Below, piece after piece: positions 28,232-32,000 of a stretch of DNA of 32,000 nucleotides. The DNA is taken from NCBI GenBank assembly GCA_030606485.1, contig JAUWGH010000005.1, positions 30,001 through 62,000 of the forward strand. Direction: 5' to 3'. The stretch comes from Promethearchaeota archaeon. GTDB taxonomy: Archaea > Asgardarchaeota > Lokiarchaeia > Sigyniarchaeales > SOKP01. Position 1 is the stretch's first letter. Every line of letters starts with the position of its first letter. The position numbers and the translations under genes were made by a program. The notes under the pieces are model-generated. The model was given only the letters and a program-made list of their open reading frames with translations. It was not told where the DNA came from and did no database searches.

Positions 28232-28585
28232 ATGGAAGAAATAATTCCTTCTTTAAGAAATATATTAAAACAAGCCATTGAACATAAAGTTGATGAAAAT
28301 AACTTAAAAATTACTTTAATTGTTAAAAAAGAAGTAAAAGGACCTTTAGCAGAACCAGATGAAGTTATAACAATGTTTCAAATGTTAGGTGAATTAAAAG
28401 AAGAAATTCCTATGGAGATAAACATTGACAATAAAGCTCAAAAGATTAATATAAAATTTCAAACTAAAGAAGATTTAAATAAAATTAGAGCGATTATAAA
28501 TACCATTTGGGATAATACTGTTGATCTTTTGGAAGAATTTATTGCTGGAGATTTAACCCGATTGAAAGATATTCCTGATTATTGA
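28232..28585 (+). CDS. Hypothetical 117-aa protein
   Basis: ORF with GTGA SD-like sequence and ATG, probably co-transcribed with the CocE gene; no family recognised. Confidence 0.7.
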   Translation: MEEIIPSLRNILKQAIEHKVDENNLKITLIVKKEVKGPLAEPDEVITMFQMLGELKEEIPMEINIDNKAQKINIKFQTKEDLNKIRAIINTIWDNTVDLLEEFIAGDLTRLKDIPDY

Positions 28586-28629
28586 TAATTAAAATAATAA
28601 ATTGTCTTAATAAAAGAGAGAAATTGTAA

Positions 28630-28763
28630 AAGTTTGAACACAGACATATAGATTGCAGATCAGACGATTATTTCTCAACTGCGTATTGGTATCAAACAGA
28701 ACCCATAAAAAATTTAATTAACTCTTACCGGTGAATGAAAGATTACCCAGAGATGAACTATAA
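28630..28763 (+). pseudogene. C-terminal remnant of a DUF2961/GH172 protein (copy 2, frameshift and stop)
   Basis: KFEHRHIDCRSDDYFSTAYWYQTEP / HKKFN*LLPVNERLPRDEL*; about 87 of 101 positions are identical to 23332-23432 by manual alignment. Confidence 0.75.
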
Positions 28764-28801
28764 GAAATATATATTACCCAATAAAAAAAATTTTAATTTT
28801 A

Positions 28802-30193
28802 TTAATTTTTAAGAGCAGAAGTGAGTCTTTTCCTTTTTTGCTGATGAATTTCTTCTAATCTTACTTGAAGATCTTTTAATCTATCTCCATATAATGGATA
28901 AAAATATATAACAATTAAGCTGATTAATGAAGCAACAGCCGGAACTAAAAGAAACAATATTTTAATTCCAAATAATGCTTCAGGGGTCTGAATTATTTCA
29001 CCTTGTGCATAACCATAGGTAGTTAAAATTATTGTGGCAATTATTGGCCCAAGACTTTGTGCTGGCTTAGTAAAAAAAGCATTCATACCAAGAAACATCC
29101 CTTCTCTGCGAGTACCTTGATTTACTTCATCTTCATCCATGCTGAGACTCATGATCGGTACAGTAAACACACTATAACCTCCAAAAAACGTTGTCCAGAT
29201 AAAACCGAACCAAATTAATGATTCTGTTATCGGATTTAAAATTAAAATAAATGTAATGAAAGCTCCTATAACTTTTAATATTCCAAATCGCAAAATAATT
29301 TTTTTCATGCTCCATTTGGATCTCAATTTCATACAAAGATAATTTGAACCATAGCCAATAAATAGAAAAACGCAAAAAAATAAAGCTATTGCTAAACCTG
29401 GATCAATACCAAGTATAAAAATATATGTAAAAAGGTAACTAAATCCAATAGAGCTATTAAATACACTGCAAAAATTATATCCGATAAAAACCAAGAATGA
29501 TTTTAATTTAAGTGTTTTCTTGATGGATTTCCATAGAGGAAAAACTTCGTCTTTTTGAAATTCTGGCTTTTCTTCAGACGTTTTTACAACAATCCAATAA
29601 CAAATAATTGAAACAATTGCAATAATTGTATTTAAAATTTGAAACCATGGAAATCCTGCTACTTTAAAAATTGGCAAAATGAAAAAAAAAGGTAATACGC
29701 CAATTACAGCCCAAATTAAAACAAAAAAATTAATTTTATTACGTTCATCGATATCCGTGGTCATTTCTGGCATAAGAGCCATCCAACAGAGAACTACGAG
29801 GGTTAACATCGTATCATATGCACAAATACTCACTACAAAATGAATGAAAAGTAATATCTGATTTTCAGGACCTACAAATGGAAAAAATGTAAATATAAGA
29901 GTTAGCCCCCAGATTGGAGCACCCCATTTAATATAAGGTAATCTTCGACCTCCCCACTTTTTTCGATCTGTTCGGTCAGAAAGCTGACCAAGTAGAGGAT
30001 CGTTAATTGCATTAACAATTGCATATATTATTTGACCAACGATAAAATATATGGGTAACAGTTGTAAATCATCAAAGAAAAATTCAACATAATATAATGT
30101 GAAAACAAACCCAAGTAATGCCATAGGAATGCCACCAAATGAATATCCTAGCATTTGTTTATTGGTGAGTTTCTCGGATTTGTTATTTTCCAT
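28802..30193 (-). CDS. MFS transporter, glycoside-pentoside-hexuronide (GPH) family
   Basis: NAINDPLLGQLSDRT...GRRLPYI, WMALMPEMTTDIDER and GTRREGMFLG. Confidence 0.9.
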   Translation of the reverse strand: MENNKSEKLTNKQMLGYSFGGIPMALLGFVFTLYYVEFFFDDLQLLPIYFIVGQIIYAIVNAINDPLLGQLSDRTDRKKWGGRRLPYIKWGAPIWGLTLIFTFFPFVGPENQILLFIHFVVSICAYDTMLTLVVLCWMALMPEMTTDIDERNKINFFVLIWAVIGVLPFFFILPIFKVAGFPWFQILNTIIAIVSIICYWIVVKTSEEKPEFQKDEVFPLWKSIKKTLKLKSFLVFIGYNFCSVFNSSIGFSYLFTYIFILGIDPGLAIALFFCVFLFIGYGSNYLCMKLRSKWSMKKIILRFGILKVIGAFITFILILNPITESLIWFGFIWTTFFGGYSVFTVPIMSLSMDEDEVNQGTRREGMFLGMNAFFTKPAQSLGPIIATIILTTYGYAQGEIIQTPEALFGIKILFLLVPAVASLISLIVIYFYPLYGDRLKDLQVRLEEIHQQKRKRLTSALKN

Positions 30194-30285
30194 TAATTAT
30201 CATTTATTTATTTTTTAAATTAATATTTCTTATTCCATTTTGAACTATTTAATAATTATCAAGGAAAAAAATTTTAAAAAAAATT

Positions 30286-32000
30286 CTAAATATTAGTTTC
30301 CATTAAAATTTTTTTGCGTTTTCGAATAATTTTAAAAATTATCAACAACCCCACTGGTACACTGCAAGCAATAATTATTACAATTATAATAAATACAATA
30401 ACAGGGTTTTCAACATTTGCTTTTAATGATTCAATATCAACAGAACTTAATTGAACTAATACATTTTCATTGTATATTAAACTCACTTCAGTTGGATTAA
30501 TTGTCATTGGTATGGAAAAAGTCGTAGTACTATTTATCCAAACATTTTCATTGAATAAAATTTGTCCATTTGCGTCATATACCTGAAGTGGAATTTGTTG
30601 AGAATAAGGATAATTATTATTTGCTTCATTGAGGTCTTCAACAGTAATATATAGTATGCTCTGATACAAATCGTAAATAACACTCGTAAAAACATAGTTG
30701 GGGAGATATGGATTATCAAACCAAGGCAAAAAGAACCAATCCAATGATGTCCCAACGATATCCTCAAAACACTGCTGTAAATCTGATAATAAAGCAATTT
30801 TATATTGATATCGCTCAAAGTAGAGCTTTAATCCTATGAAAAAATTAACATCACCGATACTATTACGAAGTTTTTCTAAAATCAAGGGAGCTTTTTTATA
30901 TGCAATATACCAATAATCAGTATATTTTGTATAACACTCATATATCGATTGATTTATTCTATTTGGTAGTTCCTCTTCTGCGTAATAAGTCCTTACTTTA
31001 TCGATATATAATTCATCTTGAAAATATTTCCAATCAGAATGATATATCTCAGCATAATAGTCTGTCGACCAACAAGCGAGCATCTCATCTAAAAAACCCC
31101 AGTCTACTTCATCATTTCCCACAAGATTAAACCACCACTGATGACTAGTCTCATGTACGATAAACATCTCGAGAAACCATTGTGGATAATTCCAATAATC
31201 TATAGATTCTGTTATATAAACTTGATTTGGGTATTCCATGCCACCAAAAAATGAATACTCCTCAACAATGTTAAATGTAGAATAAGGATATATACCAAAG
31301 ATTTCATTATATAAGGTAAAAGCATTAATACCATAATCTAAGGCATAGTTCTTCCAAATAGATTGGGATTTTGGCAAGTAATAAGTGGAAATATTAACAC
31401 CATTTACTATCTTGGAATCAATCATAAAATATTTTGAAGCTGAAAATGTAACCTCTCGAACAGGATAAATCGTATCAAAATGATAGAGAGCATTTAATCC
31501 ATTAACCTTTTTTTCAACTAATTTACCTGTTGCAGCTACTACAAATCCAATAGGCACTTCAACAAACAAGTTATAATAAGCCATATCAAAATAGAATGGA
31601 TCTCCTACATCCAAATATGGATCTATATTCCAACCATCAAACTTATCATATACGCATGGCATAGGATAAAAACCTGAAAATTTATAAATTCGAGATTGGT
31701 TGGAATCTTCTCCGTGTGAATTTGCTCTATCAATACCCCCATCTGGTAGTGTAGCAATAAATCTAATAATAAATGAAACCCGCTGAAATGATTCTAAAGT
31801 GGTGTCTAAAGTCACCCACATAATTTGATCCCCTGAATCTACTTCAAATGTGAGAGCGATGTCGGAGTTATCTGCTTTTGTTACATTTAGAATTTCAATA
31901 TTACCTATTCTACTTTCAAACTCCATACCGGATAAATAGAGATGAAATGGAAGTTTTTCAAAACTTTCGGCATCATTATTATAAAAATCAACACTCAAAT
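30286..32000 (-). CDS. M1 family aminopeptidase with C-terminal membrane anchor (5' end outside window)
   Basis: GGMEYP, HETSHQWW...FLDE (HExxH-x18-E), YKKAPLIL, and a C-terminal hydrophobic helix followed by a basic tail. Confidence 0.9.
   Translation of the reverse strand, partial: LSVDFYNNDAESFEKLPFHLYLSGMEFESRIGNIEILNVTKADNSDIALTFEVDSGDQIMWVTLDTTLESFQRVSFIIRFIATLPDGGIDRANSHGEDSNQSRIYKFSGFYPMPCVYDKFDGWNIDPYLDVGDPFYFDMAYYNLFVEVPIGFVVAATGKLVEKKVNGLNALYHFDTIYPVREVTFSASKYFMIDSKIVNGVNISTYYLPKSQSIWKNYALDYGINAFTLYNEIFGIYPYSTFNIVEEYSFFGGMEYPNQVYITESIDYWNYPQWFLEMFIVHETSHQWWFNLVGNDEVDWGFLDEMLACWSTDYYAEIYHSDWKYFQDELYIDKVRTYYAEEELPNRINQSIYECYTKYTDYWYIAYKKAPLILEKLRNSIGDVNFFIGLKLYFERYQYKIALLSDLQQCFEDIVGTSLDWFFLPWFDNPYLPNYVFTSVIYDLYQSILYITVEDLNEANNNYPYSQQIPLQVYDANGQILFNENVWINSTTTFSIPMTINPTEVSLIYNENVLVQLSSVDIESLKANVENPVIVFIIIVIIIACSVPVGLLIIFKIIRKRKKILMETNI

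Noticed and set aside
508-31130. Short ORFs antisense to or nested in long genes (e.g. 508-696, 2253-2504, 2721-2912, 6965-7180, 7637-7861, 8138-8350, 9370-9576, 9666-9884, 10487-10732, 10963-11178, 12195-12386, 14972-15184, 15333-15530, 17276-17596, 17560-17769, 18550-18750, 29172-29375, 30534-30818, 30900-31130)
   Set aside because: They are shadows of well-supported genes, with no family motifs or convincing SD sites.
19239-32000. Integrated element at the tRNA-Arg 3' end
   Set aside because: Accessory-type genes follow the tRNA, but I found no integrase, no duplicated tRNA 3' end and no viral or plasmid genes in the window.

Overview
AT-rich archaeal chromosomal window, inferred to be from an Asgard (Lokiarchaeia-like) genome. 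The evidence is archaeal rpL7Ae/rpS28e/rpS8e, SRP19, proteasome beta, JAMM, an Lsm, BHB-intron tRNAs, methanopterin genes, and many peptidase, MFS and hydrolase genes. Left part: a CooC-like tail, M20 peptidase, a PurM/HypE-fold protein divergent from mptG-mptD, U32 protein, DUF447, MFS, SDR and a padR-hsp20 pair. Middle: housekeeping genes plus two intron-containing tRNAs, tRNA-Pro(GGG) with a non-canonical 25/26 intron and tRNA-Arg(CCU) with a 37/38 intron. Right part: accessory peptide and sugar scavenging genes. No rRNA, CRISPR array, integrase or intact transposase was seen. Best leads: (1) two genes (hypA, mptG) whose conserved N-termini can only be made from ATA or ATC/ATA start codons; (2) twin remnants of the same DUF2961/GH172 3' end bracketing a D-peptidase / dipeptide epimerase / CocE block; (3) paired palindromic operators upstream of padR-hsp20; (4) an unexplained structured island downstream of tRNA-Arg; (5) a PurM-fold orphan linked to methanopterin genes. 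All family assignments are by motif recognition, not database search.
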